Part shown: in pieces, positions 1 to 6,633 of the stretch
Layout of the letters: each line of letters opens with the position of its first letter
How positions within the stretch are numbered: the first letter of the stretch is position 1
Source of the DNA: a virus
Lineage: Duplodnaviria > Heunggongvirae > Uroviricota > Caudoviricetes
Length of the DNA stretch: 8,881 bases
Strand: one strand, 5' to 3'
Virus record (IMG/VR): IMGVR_UViG_2700989170_000005
Position numbers and translations under genes: made by a program
The notes under the pieces: model-generated
Told to the model about the DNA's origin: nothing
Databases searched by the model: none
The model's input: the letters and a program-made list of their open reading frames with translations, nothing else

Positions 1-4
1 ATTA

Positions 5-12
5 CCACCTCC
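5..12 (-). promoter_or_regulatory. Shine-Dalgarno (GGAGGTGG on minus strand) for the next downstream gene, presumably major tail protein V, whose start codon lies just beyond the window start
   Basis: Reverse complement of positions 1-15 reads TAAGGAGGTGGTAAT: the U stop codon TAA (13-15) followed by GGAGGTGG. Lambda gene order puts V directly after U. The start codon itself is not in the window. Confidence 0.5.
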
Positions 13-414
13 TTAATTCGTGTACGTGATCTGGTACGTGATTTCCGCCATCGCCCAGGTGGCCATCTCATTATCACGTTGATAGTTAAAACCGAGTGGG
101 ATCATGGTGTCGATGAGTCCGGAAAGCACCGGAATATCCTTCATGGCCGGAAATATGGTGTTCTCCATCCACGTATCCAGCTCAGAATCCGGCGCCTGTG
201 CACGGACGAAAACGGCAATATGCAGAACAGCCTGCCAGTCGTCCTCATCCGTCATTTTTCCGGTGTACTGCGCATCACTCAGCCACACCGCCACGGCGGG
301 CAGTTCCTGCGCATCAATAAATGCCGGAAGCCCGTCAAAAAACGTGGCGCTGTCTCCACACTGTTCCCGAAGGCGTGCCAGCACGCTCTGACGGATTTGT
401 GTGTGTCGGTTCAT
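13..414 (-). CDS. U: Tail terminator protein (lambda gpU-like), 133 aa
   Basis: ORF 13..414 on minus strand. The translation MNRHTQIRQSVLARL...ATFFDG.PA..D...PAVAV.L..A.YTG......WQA.LHI.VF..AQ.PDSELD.WME..I.P.M.DIP.LS.LI..M...G..Y.RD......W......TY.ITY is colinear with lambda gpU as recalled from memory (131 aa). ATG at 412-414 overlaps the Z stop TGA at 411-413 (ATGA coupling). Confidence 0.9.
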   Translation of the reverse strand: MNRHTQIRQSVLARLREQCGDSATFFDGLPAFIDAQELPAVAVWLSDAQYTGKMTDEDDWQAVLHIAVFVRAQAPDSELDTWMENTIFPAMKDIPVLSGLIDTMIPLGFNYQRDNEMATWAMAEITYQITYTN

Positions 415-998
415 TTACTCAGATGTAACCTCAGTTGTTGTTTCAGGGCATACCCCAGCTGTTTCGGCATTTCCGCAGCAATGATGCGGTCGCGGGCATC
501 TTCAAATGCCTGTGTCAGCGGTCCGGACATCGGGATTTTCACCACATCAATGGGGTAACGATTTTTGCCGTCAATACGCCGCATCACATGCCAGCGACCA
601 TTCGCCAGTTGCTGAATAAACGCATCCCGGAAAAGGTATTTCCCCACTTTCAGTACGCTGCCACGATGACGTGAGTTGCTGCCATGCCGGGAGCGGGCCA
701 GTCTGACCTGTGCGGTACCCAGCTTAATGGCGGGCAGGTTACCCCGGTTAACACGCATGCGGGCATACATTTTTCCTGAGGGGCTGGCTTTAAGCAGCCT
801 GACACGCTCCCTGACCGTTTTCAGGGGAATACCTTTCACCTGGTTATCCCCGGCAACGGTATTCTGCGCAACCTGCCGTGTGGCGACAGAAACAATCTTT
901 GCCGCCACACGGTTTACCGCCCATGCGCTGGTCTGTGGCACCATGCGGGTATCGAGGCTGTTCAGATTGCGGATGGCATTCTCAAGTCCCTTCATCAT
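411..998 (-). CDS. Z: Tail completion protein (lambda gpZ-like), 195 aa
   Basis: ORF 411..998 on minus strand. N-terminus MMKGLENAIRNL resembles lambda gpZ MAIKGLEQAVENL; C-terminal block FIQQL.NGRWHVM.R..GKNRYPIDVVKIPM..PLT.AF......I.....PK.LGYAL..QLR is conserved. GAGG Shine-Dalgarno about 7 nt upstream of ATG 996-998. 17-nt overlap with the FII 3' end. Confidence 0.9.
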   Translation of the reverse strand: MMKGLENAIRNLNSLDTRMVPQTSAWAVNRVAAKIVSVATRQVAQNTVAGDNQVKGIPLKTVRERVRLLKASPSGKMYARMRVNRGNLPAIKLGTAQVRLARSRHGSNSRHRGSVLKVGKYLFRDAFIQQLANGRWHVMRRIDGKNRYPIDVVKIPMSGPLTQAFEDARDRIIAAEMPKQLGYALKQQLRLHLSK

Positions 999-1359
999 AT
1001 CGCCTCATTCTGGCATTATTCTGTGGGGCAGGACTGCCCCGCCTTAACCGGATATAACAGCATCCCCCGTCATCCGGAGTAATACGATCCACAAAGAAAG
1101 AATCATCCCCGATAGTTAACGTATCCTGACGGCGTAACTGCGATATATCTGCCGTTTTCACAAACAGGCACGGTGAGGAATCCTCAAGCCGGATCCCCCC
1201 GGCAACAAAAGAAATACTTTCGGGATCATCAAAAACCCCTGTCAGGTGTGTCCCCTCAAGTTCTCCGGACGTAATGACGGCGCTGATCCCCATATCACGG
1301 AGAATGACTTCATTGACACCGGCAAGCGCAGCATCAAACAGATTATCGAAACCGTCCAC
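982..1359 (-). CDS. FII: Head-tail connector / tail attachment protein (lambda gpFII-like), 125 aa, GTG start
   Basis: ORF 982..1359 on minus strand. MDGFDNLFDAA...GVFDDPE.IS....G.R.E.SSP.LFV.T....QLRR.DTLTIG...F.VDR..PDDGG matches lambda gpFII (MADFDNLFDAA...). The start is GTG at 1357-1359 with AGGAG 5 nt upstream; there is no in-frame ATG upstream. Confidence 0.88.
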   Translation of the reverse strand: MDGFDNLFDAALAGVNEVILRDMGISAVITSGELEGTHLTGVFDDPESISFVAGGIRLEDSSPCLFVKTADISQLRRQDTLTIGDDSFFVDRITPDDGGCCYIRLRRGSPAPQNNARMRRYDEGT

Positions 1360-1370
1360 GACATCTCCTG

Positions 1371-1757
1371 TTACTGCCTTTTTGCCAGACCACCTGCCGC
1401 CATGCTGGCAGCCACCTCAGCAGAAACACGAAACGACGTTCCCGGTGAAACAAATATCACTGAACCATTACATTTTGTATGCAGTGTCGCCAGTGCCACC
1501 ACCGTAACCTGCCCCGTTTCGTCTCCGGTAACAATGCCTGGCTGTTCAGGAACTGACTCGCCTTTATGCGCGGTCGGATCATCTTTCGATGGTGAGTACG
1601 TATCCGGCTCTGCGACCTCCCCCGCATCTCCAAGCTCTTCCTCCAGTTCCGCCACTCGCTGCGCAATATCTGCCGCACTACCGGAGACATCCGGTTCACG
1701 CCCCAGCCTCTCAGCCAGCTCACAAAGACGTTTCAGGTTTTCTTCTTTCGTAGCCAT
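1371..1757 (-). CDS. FI: DNA packaging / head assembly protein (lambda gpFI-like), 128 aa from ATG at 1755-1757
   Basis: Minus-strand ORF. The track begins it at a TTG (1790), but the ATG at 1755-1757 has an AGGAG Shine-Dalgarno 8 nt upstream and gives MATKEENLKRL..LAERL, like the lambda gpFI N-terminus (MTKDELIARLRSLGEQL). C-terminal block VTVVAL..LHT.........F V.PGT.FRVSA.VAA.M...GLA..Q is conserved with gpFI. Confidence 0.85.
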   Translation of the reverse strand: MATKEENLKRLCELAERLGREPDVSGSAADIAQRVAELEEELGDAGEVAEPDTYSPSKDDPTAHKGESVPEQPGIVTGDETGQVTVVALATLHTKCNGSVIFVSPGTSFRVSAEVAASMAAGGLAKRQ

Positions 1758-1775
1758 ACCCGCTCCTGATTGAAT

Positions 1776-1800
1776 GAAAAACGGGAGCATTTAGCTCCCG
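1776..1800 (-). terminator. Intrinsic-terminator-like hairpin in the E-FI intergenic region (7-bp GC-rich stem, 5-nt loop, U5 tract on the minus-strand transcript)
   Basis: Plus strand 1782-1800 cgggagc-attta-gctcccg is a perfect 7-bp inverted repeat. On the minus-strand RNA it reads CGGGAGC UAAAU GCUCCCG followed by UUUUUC (plus 1776-1781 gaaaaa). It lies 8 nt after the E stop (TAA, 1809-1811) and before the FI Shine-Dalgarno. Confidence 0.4.
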
Positions 1801-1808
1801 CTCACGGA

Positions 1809-2837
1809 TTATTTCACCTGCACCACCACAAACTCATCCGGATCCGGCAGCACCATCAGCGGCGCGGACTGCGTCATGGTGAATTCACGCGCCGGATCAC
1901 CCACGGTCAGCCAGTGTTTCGGATAACGGGAAGACGCCACCACGCCTTCAGACAATGCCTGCGCATCCTGAATGGAACCGTAGCAACGAATACCCTCTGC
2001 GGCCGTATTTCCCAGTACCAGTGTGCCGTCCGGCAGATAACGTTTTTCGGTACCGTCCTCTGCCACATAGGACGTTTTTGCCACCACGATTGCCAGATCA
2101 CCATAATACCCTTTGAAGGACACCACCGCCCCCAGGTCTTTCACTGCCGTTTCCAGCTGTGAATTTGAGCCACGACGGGTATCCAGTTTTTCGCGGAACA
2201 GCTTAAAGCCATTCAGCAGACGCCAGACCTTACCATCCATAATGGCAATATTGATGGTGCCGGAAGCAAAATCACAGTACGCATCCAGATCATGCGTCGG
2301 ATCAAAGGTATCGCGGTCCTGAGCGCTCCACTCCGTCCCTCCTGCCTGCGTAATGTTATTTCCCACCGACCGGCCAAAATCGACCTCAACAGTTTCAAAC
2401 TGCTCTCCTTCCATGGTGTATTTGCCATACAGCACGGCATTCACCGCCTGCATCTCTTCCACCTGGACAATGGCGTGCTCTTCCTGTTTGAGGTTATCGG
2501 TGATGATACGCAGGCGACGGTAAGCCGGGCCGTTCAGCTGGGCCGGATCTTCACCGGGAAGACGCTCCACCGCCTGCTGGTAATTAAATTCGTGTTTCGG
2601 CTTAACGTAGCCCGGGCGCAGTACACGAGTTTCACCGCCACGGTGACGCAACACCTTTCCTTCAACAACCGGGGAGACATAGGCCGCCACCGGCGTTTTT
2701 CCGGTAATTTTGTCCAGCATTACCTCTTCGGTATGGAAATTCACCGTACGGCGGAAAAACAGCTCCAGAAACAGCGCACGAAATTTAACTTTTTGTTCGG
2801 TATAACCGAGTAACTGGCGGGTCGTAAACAATCCCAT
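1809..2837 (-). CDS. E: Major capsid protein (lambda gpE-like), 342 aa
   Basis: ORF 1809..2837 on minus strand. Long colinear match to lambda gpE (341 aa), e.g. PGYVKPKHE, AIVQVEEMQAV.AVL.GKYTM.GE.F..VEVD.GRS..NNITQ.GGTEWS, KLDTRRGSNS.LETAVKDLG, REFTM.QSAPLM.L.DPDEF. ATG at 2835-2837 with AAGGAA 8 nt upstream. Confidence 0.95.
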   Translation of the reverse strand: MGLFTTRQLLGYTEQKVKFRALFLELFFRRTVNFHTEEVMLDKITGKTPVAAYVSPVVEGKVLRHRGGETRVLRPGYVKPKHEFNYQQAVERLPGEDPAQLNGPAYRRLRIITDNLKQEEHAIVQVEEMQAVNAVLYGKYTMEGEQFETVEVDFGRSVGNNITQAGGTEWSAQDRDTFDPTHDLDAYCDFASGTINIAIMDGKVWRLLNGFKLFREKLDTRRGSNSQLETAVKDLGAVVSFKGYYGDLAIVVAKTSYVAEDGTEKRYLPDGTLVLGNTAAEGIRCYGSIQDAQALSEGVVASSRYPKHWLTVGDPAREFTMTQSAPLMVLPDPDEFVVVQVK

Positions 2838-2894
2838 AAATCAGTTCCTTTCATTCAGAAATCAGTCAGGCTACCGCAGTGACCTGATAAAATG

Positions 2895-3242
2895 TTACGG
2901 CAGCGCTGCGTGACTCAGGGCACTGCCGGCAAAGGCATTCGCCTTTTTGTGTGTATCCACTCTCTCAGGCCAGTGGATGGCCTCCGTCGCAAAGGTCCCC
3001 GACTTGTAATACGTCAGCACCGTCTCTGTACCTTCAAGCGGCAGTACCAGTATGCCAACCACATGGCCTGCCTTCTGTCCGTCCCAGACCACCAGTTTCC
3101 CGGTATCCTCATCCAGCATCAGGGGCGTCAGAGCCGGTGTTGCCGAGGAAATCCCGCTGCAGCCTGTGGCGGTATGGGCCGGATCATTACCGGCAAAAAT
3201 ACGTACTTCCGCACGCTGTTCAGTGATGGTTTTCGTTACCAT
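2895..3242 (-). CDS. D: Head decoration protein (lambda gpD-like), 115 aa
   Basis: ORF 2895..3242 on minus strand. DPAHTAT, TPLMLD...KLV.WDG, VGIL, YYKSGTF, FAG.A match lambda gpD (110 aa). ATG at 3240-3242 with GAGG about 11 nt upstream. Confidence 0.9.
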   Translation of the reverse strand: MVTKTITEQRAEVRIFAGNDPAHTATGCSGISSATPALTPLMLDEDTGKLVVWDGQKAGHVVGILVLPLEGTETVLTYYKSGTFATEAIHWPERVDTHKKANAFAGSALSHAALP

Positions 3243-3278
3243 ATTGTAAAAACCTCATATTGATGGTCAGCACTGACT

Positions 3279-3947
3279 TCATGGCATGGCCATGAGCATT
3301 TTCACGTCCGCATCACCGTCTGCTGACGTCTGTGGCACGCCACCCTGTACCGCTGCCGGTGAATGGTTCGCCATGNNNNNNNNNNNNNNNNNNNNNNNNN
3401 NNNNNNNNNNNNNNNNNNNNNNNNNNNNNNNNNNNNNNNNNNNNNNNNNNNNNNNNNNNNNNNNNNNNNNNNNNNNNNNNNNNNNNNNNNNNNNNNNNNN
3501 NNNNNNNNNNNNNNNNNNNNNNNNNNNNNNNNNNNNNNNNNNNNNNNNNNNNTTTTCAGCCTGCGCCTCTGCCCCTTTTGCCTCATCCAGGGCCATAATC
3601 TGATCACGAAGTGAGGGTCCGGCATTCGCCTGCGGTGAAGCAGCCAGAATCGGACGGGCTTTTTCCACCGTCATCTCCGGCATCGCCGCCAGCGTTGCCG
3701 CCAGTTGTTCACGTCCTTTCGCCTCTTCACATGCCATAATGCGATCGGCTTCACTCTGCGCAGATACACCAGATTGTTGCGGTGCCGCCACGGCCAGAAT
3801 CGCCCGGGCCTGCTCAACGCTCATACCCTGTTGCCCTGCCAGCATCGTGGCCAGTTGTTCACGTCCTTTCGCTTCCTGACACGTCAGGATCCCCATCACT
3901 CGCTGGTTCTCCTGCGCGGCAGCCTCCGTTGCAGTTAATTGCGGCAT
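3279..3947 (-). CDS. nu3: Nested in-frame scaffolding protein (lambda Nu3-like), initiating internally in C at ATG 3945-3947; spans the assembly gap
   Basis: In-frame ATG at 3945-3947 (C residue 302, ..GGTMPQLTATE..) is preceded by a strong AGGAGG Shine-Dalgarno with a 4-nt spacer (minus strand ACAGGAGGCACTATG). This matches the lambda arrangement, where Nu3 is translated from an internal start in the C frame (..GGRMTKETQ..). Downstream sequence is the repeated helical scaffold-like motif. Confidence 0.5.
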   Translation of the reverse strand: MPQLTATEAAAQENQRVMGILTCQEAKGREQLATMLAGQQGMSVEQARAILAVAAPQQSGVSAQSEADRIMACEEAKGREQLAATLAAMPEMTVEKARPILAASPQANAGPSLRDQIMALDEAKGAEAQAEXXXXXXXXXXXXXXXXXXXXXXXXXXXXXXXXXXXXXXXXXXXXXXXXXXXXXXXXXXXXMANHSPAAVQGGVPQTSADGDADVKMLMAMP

Positions 3948-4850
3948 AGTGCCTCCTGTATCGTGTGTGTTCAGCGTCGCAGCCATCACGCTGATGGCGT
4001 CCGACGCATTGATTAATTCATCCGCCAGTTCGGCCTCAATACCGGACTGACCTTCAAAAACGGCGGCCTCTGTTCCCATAACCGCATCCACAGATAAACC
4101 GGTATACATCGCCACTTTTTCAGCAAACATCCGGCGCGCCGCATCAATGCGCTGCTGCATGTCCTGGCGAACCTTTGCTGGCAGGGATTCAAACTGATTG
4201 CCATCCACCTTGTGCGATCCGGCGTAAATCAGCGTGATATCCACACCGGCCTGTGCCAGATGACCGGCATAGCTGACATGGCCCATCATCACCCCAATGG
4301 AGCCGATACGGGATGTCTGGGTAACCAGCCGTCGGGAGCAGGCCGATGCCAGTAACATGGCGGCTGAACAGGCCGTGTCATTGCACAGTGCCCAGACAGG
4401 CTTCAGCTGCCGGAGACGGTAAATCATGTCAGCGCAGTCAAACGCGCCGGTGGCCTGCCCGCCAGAACTGTCAATGTCCAGCAGTACGCCCCGTACCTGA
4501 GTGTCCGCCATTGCCTGCTGAAGACAGGCGACAATGCCGTCATAGCCAGTCATTCCGGAAAATGGCCGCATGCCACCCAGCCGGTGTACCAGCGTGCCGG
4601 TCACCGGCAGTACAGCAATACCGTTCACCACCCGGTAAACACGGGCAGGTCGTTTGCCTCCGGCCATGTACTCGTCCGTTTCAGCCAGCATCCCGGGAGC
4701 GTCAAGCTGTACCTGCTGTTGCGGTACCGAAAGGCTTGCTGCGCCCATCTCACGCCCGAGCGCGCAAAAGAAAACCCGCGCATAGGCGGGCTCCAGAAGC
4801 AGCGGCTCATTGAATGCCGCAGCGATAATATGTGAAAGATTACGTCTCAC
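3279..4850 (-). CDS. C: Prohead protease / scaffold fusion (lambda gpC-like, S49/ClpP-type protease N-terminal domain), interrupted by an assembly gap; GTG start; true length unknown
   Basis: Minus-strand frame open from GTG 4848-4850 (GGAGA/GAGGAG Shine-Dalgarno upstream) to TGA 3279-3281, reading through the N run. N-terminal 300 aa are colinear with lambda gpC: AFNEPL.LEPAYARVFFCAL, NGIAVLPV.GTLV, SGMTGY.GI...QQA, GAFDCAD.I.R.R..KPVWAL.ND..CSA..LLASA.SRRLVTQT.R.GSIGVMM.H, ITLIY.GSHKVDGN, MFA.KV..YTGLSV, EAAV..GQ..I.A.LADEL.N..DAI.VM. The 5' end overlaps the portal 3' end as in lambda. Confidence 0.85.
   Translation of the reverse strand: MRRNLSHIIAAAFNEPLLLEPAYARVFFCALGREMGAASLSVPQQQVQLDAPGMLAETDEYMAGGKRPARVYRVVNGIAVLPVTGTLVHRLGGMRPFSGMTGYDGIVACLQQAMADTQVRGVLLDIDSSGGQATGAFDCADMIYRLRQLKPVWALCNDTACSAAMLLASACSRRLVTQTSRIGSIGVMMGHVSYAGHLAQAGVDITLIYAGSHKVDGNQFESLPAKVRQDMQQRIDAARRMFAEKVAMYTGLSVDAVMGTEAAVFEGQSGIEAELADELINASDAISVMAATLNTHDTGGTMPQLTATEAAAQENQRVMGILTCQEAKGREQLATMLAGQQGMSVEQARAILAVAAPQQSGVSAQSEADRIMACEEAKGREQLAATLAAMPEMTVEKARPILAASPQANAGPSLRDQIMALDEAKGAEAQAEXXXXXXXXXXXXXXXXXXXXXXXXXXXXXXXXXXXXXXXXXXXXXXXXXXXXXXXXXXXXMANHSPAAVQGGVPQTSADGDADVKMLMAMP
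3376..3552. other. Assembly gap: run of 177 N
   Basis: Directly visible as 177 consecutive n characters, located inside the C/nu3 coding region immediately 3' (in gene orientation) of the tandem repeat array. Confidence 0.99.
3555..3917 (-). repeat. Imperfect tandem repeats, period about 141-150 bp, at least 3 copies, inside C/nu3; each encodes a ..R.MG/A....EAKGREQLA..LA...M.VE.AR.ILA..PQ.. unit
   Basis: A perfect 23-nt direct repeat gccagttgttcacgtcctttcgc occurs at 3700-3722 and 3850-3872 (period 150). A third, diverged copy at about 3560-3600 (gccccttttgcctcatccagggccataatc) abuts the N run. Protein-level copies: ENQRVMGILTCQEAKGREQLATMLAGQQGMSVEQARAILAVAAPQQ / SEADRIMACEEAKGREQLAATLAAMPEMTVEKARPILAASPQ / SLRDQIMALDEAKGAEAQAE-[gap]. 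Confidence 0.8.
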
Positions 4851-6433
4851 GTGATGTTGTCTCCTCTTCCGGCCTGCGACTCTCCGCTATCTGCTGCTGA
4901 TACGCCTGGGCTATCCACACCGGACGTGAGAGTCCGGCTTTTTCGCGCTCTGCGGATTCCCTGACCTGCTGGCGGAAAATGTCCTGATAATCTTCGCCCA
5001 TCAGTGCCAGTTCTTTCTCATACGTGCTCAGTCCGGCCTCAATGCGCATCACCGATTCCTGGACCTCCTTGAGCCCGTCAATGGCCATTCTTCCGGAGCT
5101 AATCCACTCTGCCCGTGACCAGGCTGAACGCGCCTGGTAAAAATCAAAACGCGCCCGTGGCGGACGAATAATCCCCCGAAGAAGCGCCTCTTCCAGCCAG
5201 CAGGAAAACATCTGCGTGGCCAGCCGGGCCGCAATAAATTTTCGCCGCCCCATAAAATAGCGCCACGACTCATTGGCGGAGGCGCGGGCACTTGAGTAAC
5301 TGACCTTCGAGTAATCACGGGACAACTGTTCGTAGGAAACGCCAAGACCGGCTGCAATATACCGCAGCAGCGCCTGTTCAAGCGCCGAAAATCCATTGTC
5401 TGAATCCTGCGCTGTCTGCAGGTTCAGCGCATCGCCAGGAAAAAAGGTGCGGAATTTTAACACCGCCCAGCGTCACGTTATTCGTGTCATACCAGCGGGT
5501 GAACTTCTCCAGAATATTAATAAGCGGATTATCCTGCTGACCTTGCGGTGCCCCCGCGATATATTCAAATGCCTTTTCGGTATCAAGTTCACTTTCGATT
5601 GTGGCTGCATACATCGCCTTCACAATGGCCGACTGAAGCTGCGTGGCCTGCAGGGAGTCCAGCATCTTCATCCGCTCCATTACGCTGTAAAACTGATTAG
5701 CCCCACGGGTCTGCCCGTCCTCCACCGGCTCAAAAATATGCAGCATGGCCGGACGCCCGGTGGGAAGCTCACGCGGGATCCGCTCCCAGCGTCCGGCACC
5801 AGAGAACGGAAAATCATCCTCACAGATATGGTACGCAATCGCCCGCCCATACCGATCGACCTCAACCCCGGCCCGCAGAAAGTGGTTCCCCATACCGTGT
5901 CCTGGCGTGTCCACCCGTTTCGGACTCACGGCTTTAAAACGCGTACGGAATAACTGCGTGGTTTCCGTATCCCAGACCGGCTGCACAAAGATTTCGCCGT
6001 TAAAGGCATGCACGCCCACCCCTTCACGGATAAATTCCGTAAACGTGCGTTTCCCTTCCACGTCGATCTCGCCAAACATTCCTTCTGCGTATTCCGACCA
6101 GGCTGCTTCCACCTCCCCGACAAAACTTTTTGCCGTGGTCTCCCGCATCCCCAGCCAACGCCAGTTCAGACGGTAGCTGATAAGAAACATGTGCCCGACG
6201 ATATGATCCTTATGCAGGGCCACCGCATTAGCCGCGATACCGTTATTGCGCACCAGATCATCTGCCCGGGCATTCCCCAGACGCAATGCAGGCAACAGGG
6301 CCGCATCGGCACTCTGCGCCGGTGGTAACCACTCTGCCATTTGCCCGCCAAATCCTGCGCCGCCTCCGTTGTAGCTGAGACTCTCACGAAGCGGAACGCC
6401 GTTCACATCAATCAGGACAGGCGTTCGTTTCAT
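4840..6433 (-). CDS. B: Portal protein (lambda gpB-like), about 530 aa if one base is removed from the A6/T6 run at 5440-5445; as given, split by a +1 frameshift into ORFs 5378..6433 and 4840..5463
   Basis: N-terminal ORF (351 aa) and C-terminal ORF (207 aa) are both colinear with lambda gpB (533 aa): GGG.GFGGQ, DAALLP....GNARADDLVRNNG.AANA..LH.DHIVG, PRELP.GR....H.FEPVEDGQTRGAN.FYSVME.MKMLD.LQ.TQLQSAIVKAMYAATIESELDT, then PGD.LNLQTAQD.DNG.S..EQ.LLRYIAAGLGVSYEQLSR.Y...SYS.ARASANESW.YFMGRRKF, SGRMAIDGLKEVQE.VM.IEAGLSTYEKE. The frames switch at ..GGVKIPHLF | (F)PGDALNLQ.. (lambda: GGAKVPHLMPGDSLNLQ). ATG at 6431-6433 overlaps the W stop (ATGA). Confidence 0.9.
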
Positions 6434-6633
6434 AACCTCACTCCCAGCGGTCGGCGGCGTCGGGTCGTACCCAGAACCGACTCCGCATCGTTGATCGCAC
6501 GGTTAAGCTCATTCAGGGACGCTGCCGTATATTCGATCCTGCGACCGTCTTTCTGTACCGACACAACCCGTTTACCGGTTAATAAATCAAGGCGCGCCTG
6601 ACGCAGCGCCTGCAGTTCAGCGACTGTAACCAT
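6430..6633 (-). CDS. W: Head-tail joining / head completion protein (lambda gpW-like), 67 aa
   Basis: ORF 6430..6633 on minus strand. L.LLTGKRV..VQKDGRR.E.TA.S...L...I is colinear with lambda gpW (68 aa, ..[26 protein letters not shown]..). ATG at 6631-6633 directly follows the A stop TGA (6634-6636); the GGAGGAG in the last A codons serves as Shine-Dalgarno. Confidence 0.9.
   Translation of the reverse strand: MVTVAELQALRQARLDLLTGKRVVSVQKDGRRIEYTAASLNELNRAINDAESVLGTTRRRRPLGVRL

Noticed and set aside
1758-1790. FI start at the TTG at 1788-1790 as in the ORF track
   Set aside because: That codon lies inside the E-FI intergenic hairpin. The ATG at 1755-1757 has a proper AGGAG Shine-Dalgarno and gives an N-terminus (MATKEENL) matching lambda gpFI.
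2838-2894. Possible regulatory hairpin or promoter in the 57-nt D-E intergenic spacer
   Set aside because: Only weak, imperfect inverted-repeat potential (aggtca ... tgact), no U-tract and no recognisable -35/-10. The spacer length is similar to lambda's D-E spacer and it contains the E Shine-Dalgarno (AAGGAA).
3555-3917. CRISPR array, suggested by regularly spaced direct repeats
   Set aside because: The repeats are about 150-bp coding units with in-frame protein conservation inside a scaffold gene; there is no repeat-spacer architecture with short identical repeats and unique spacers.
5431-5463. Programmed ribosomal frameshift in the portal gene
   Set aside because: Programmed frameshifting in lambdoid phages is known for the tail chaperone G/GT, not for portal. 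The post-shift tail of the N-terminal ORF (FSWRCAEPADSAGFRQWIFGA) is not conserved, whereas a single-base deletion restores perfect colinearity with lambda gpB. An indel or sequencing error is far more parsimonious.
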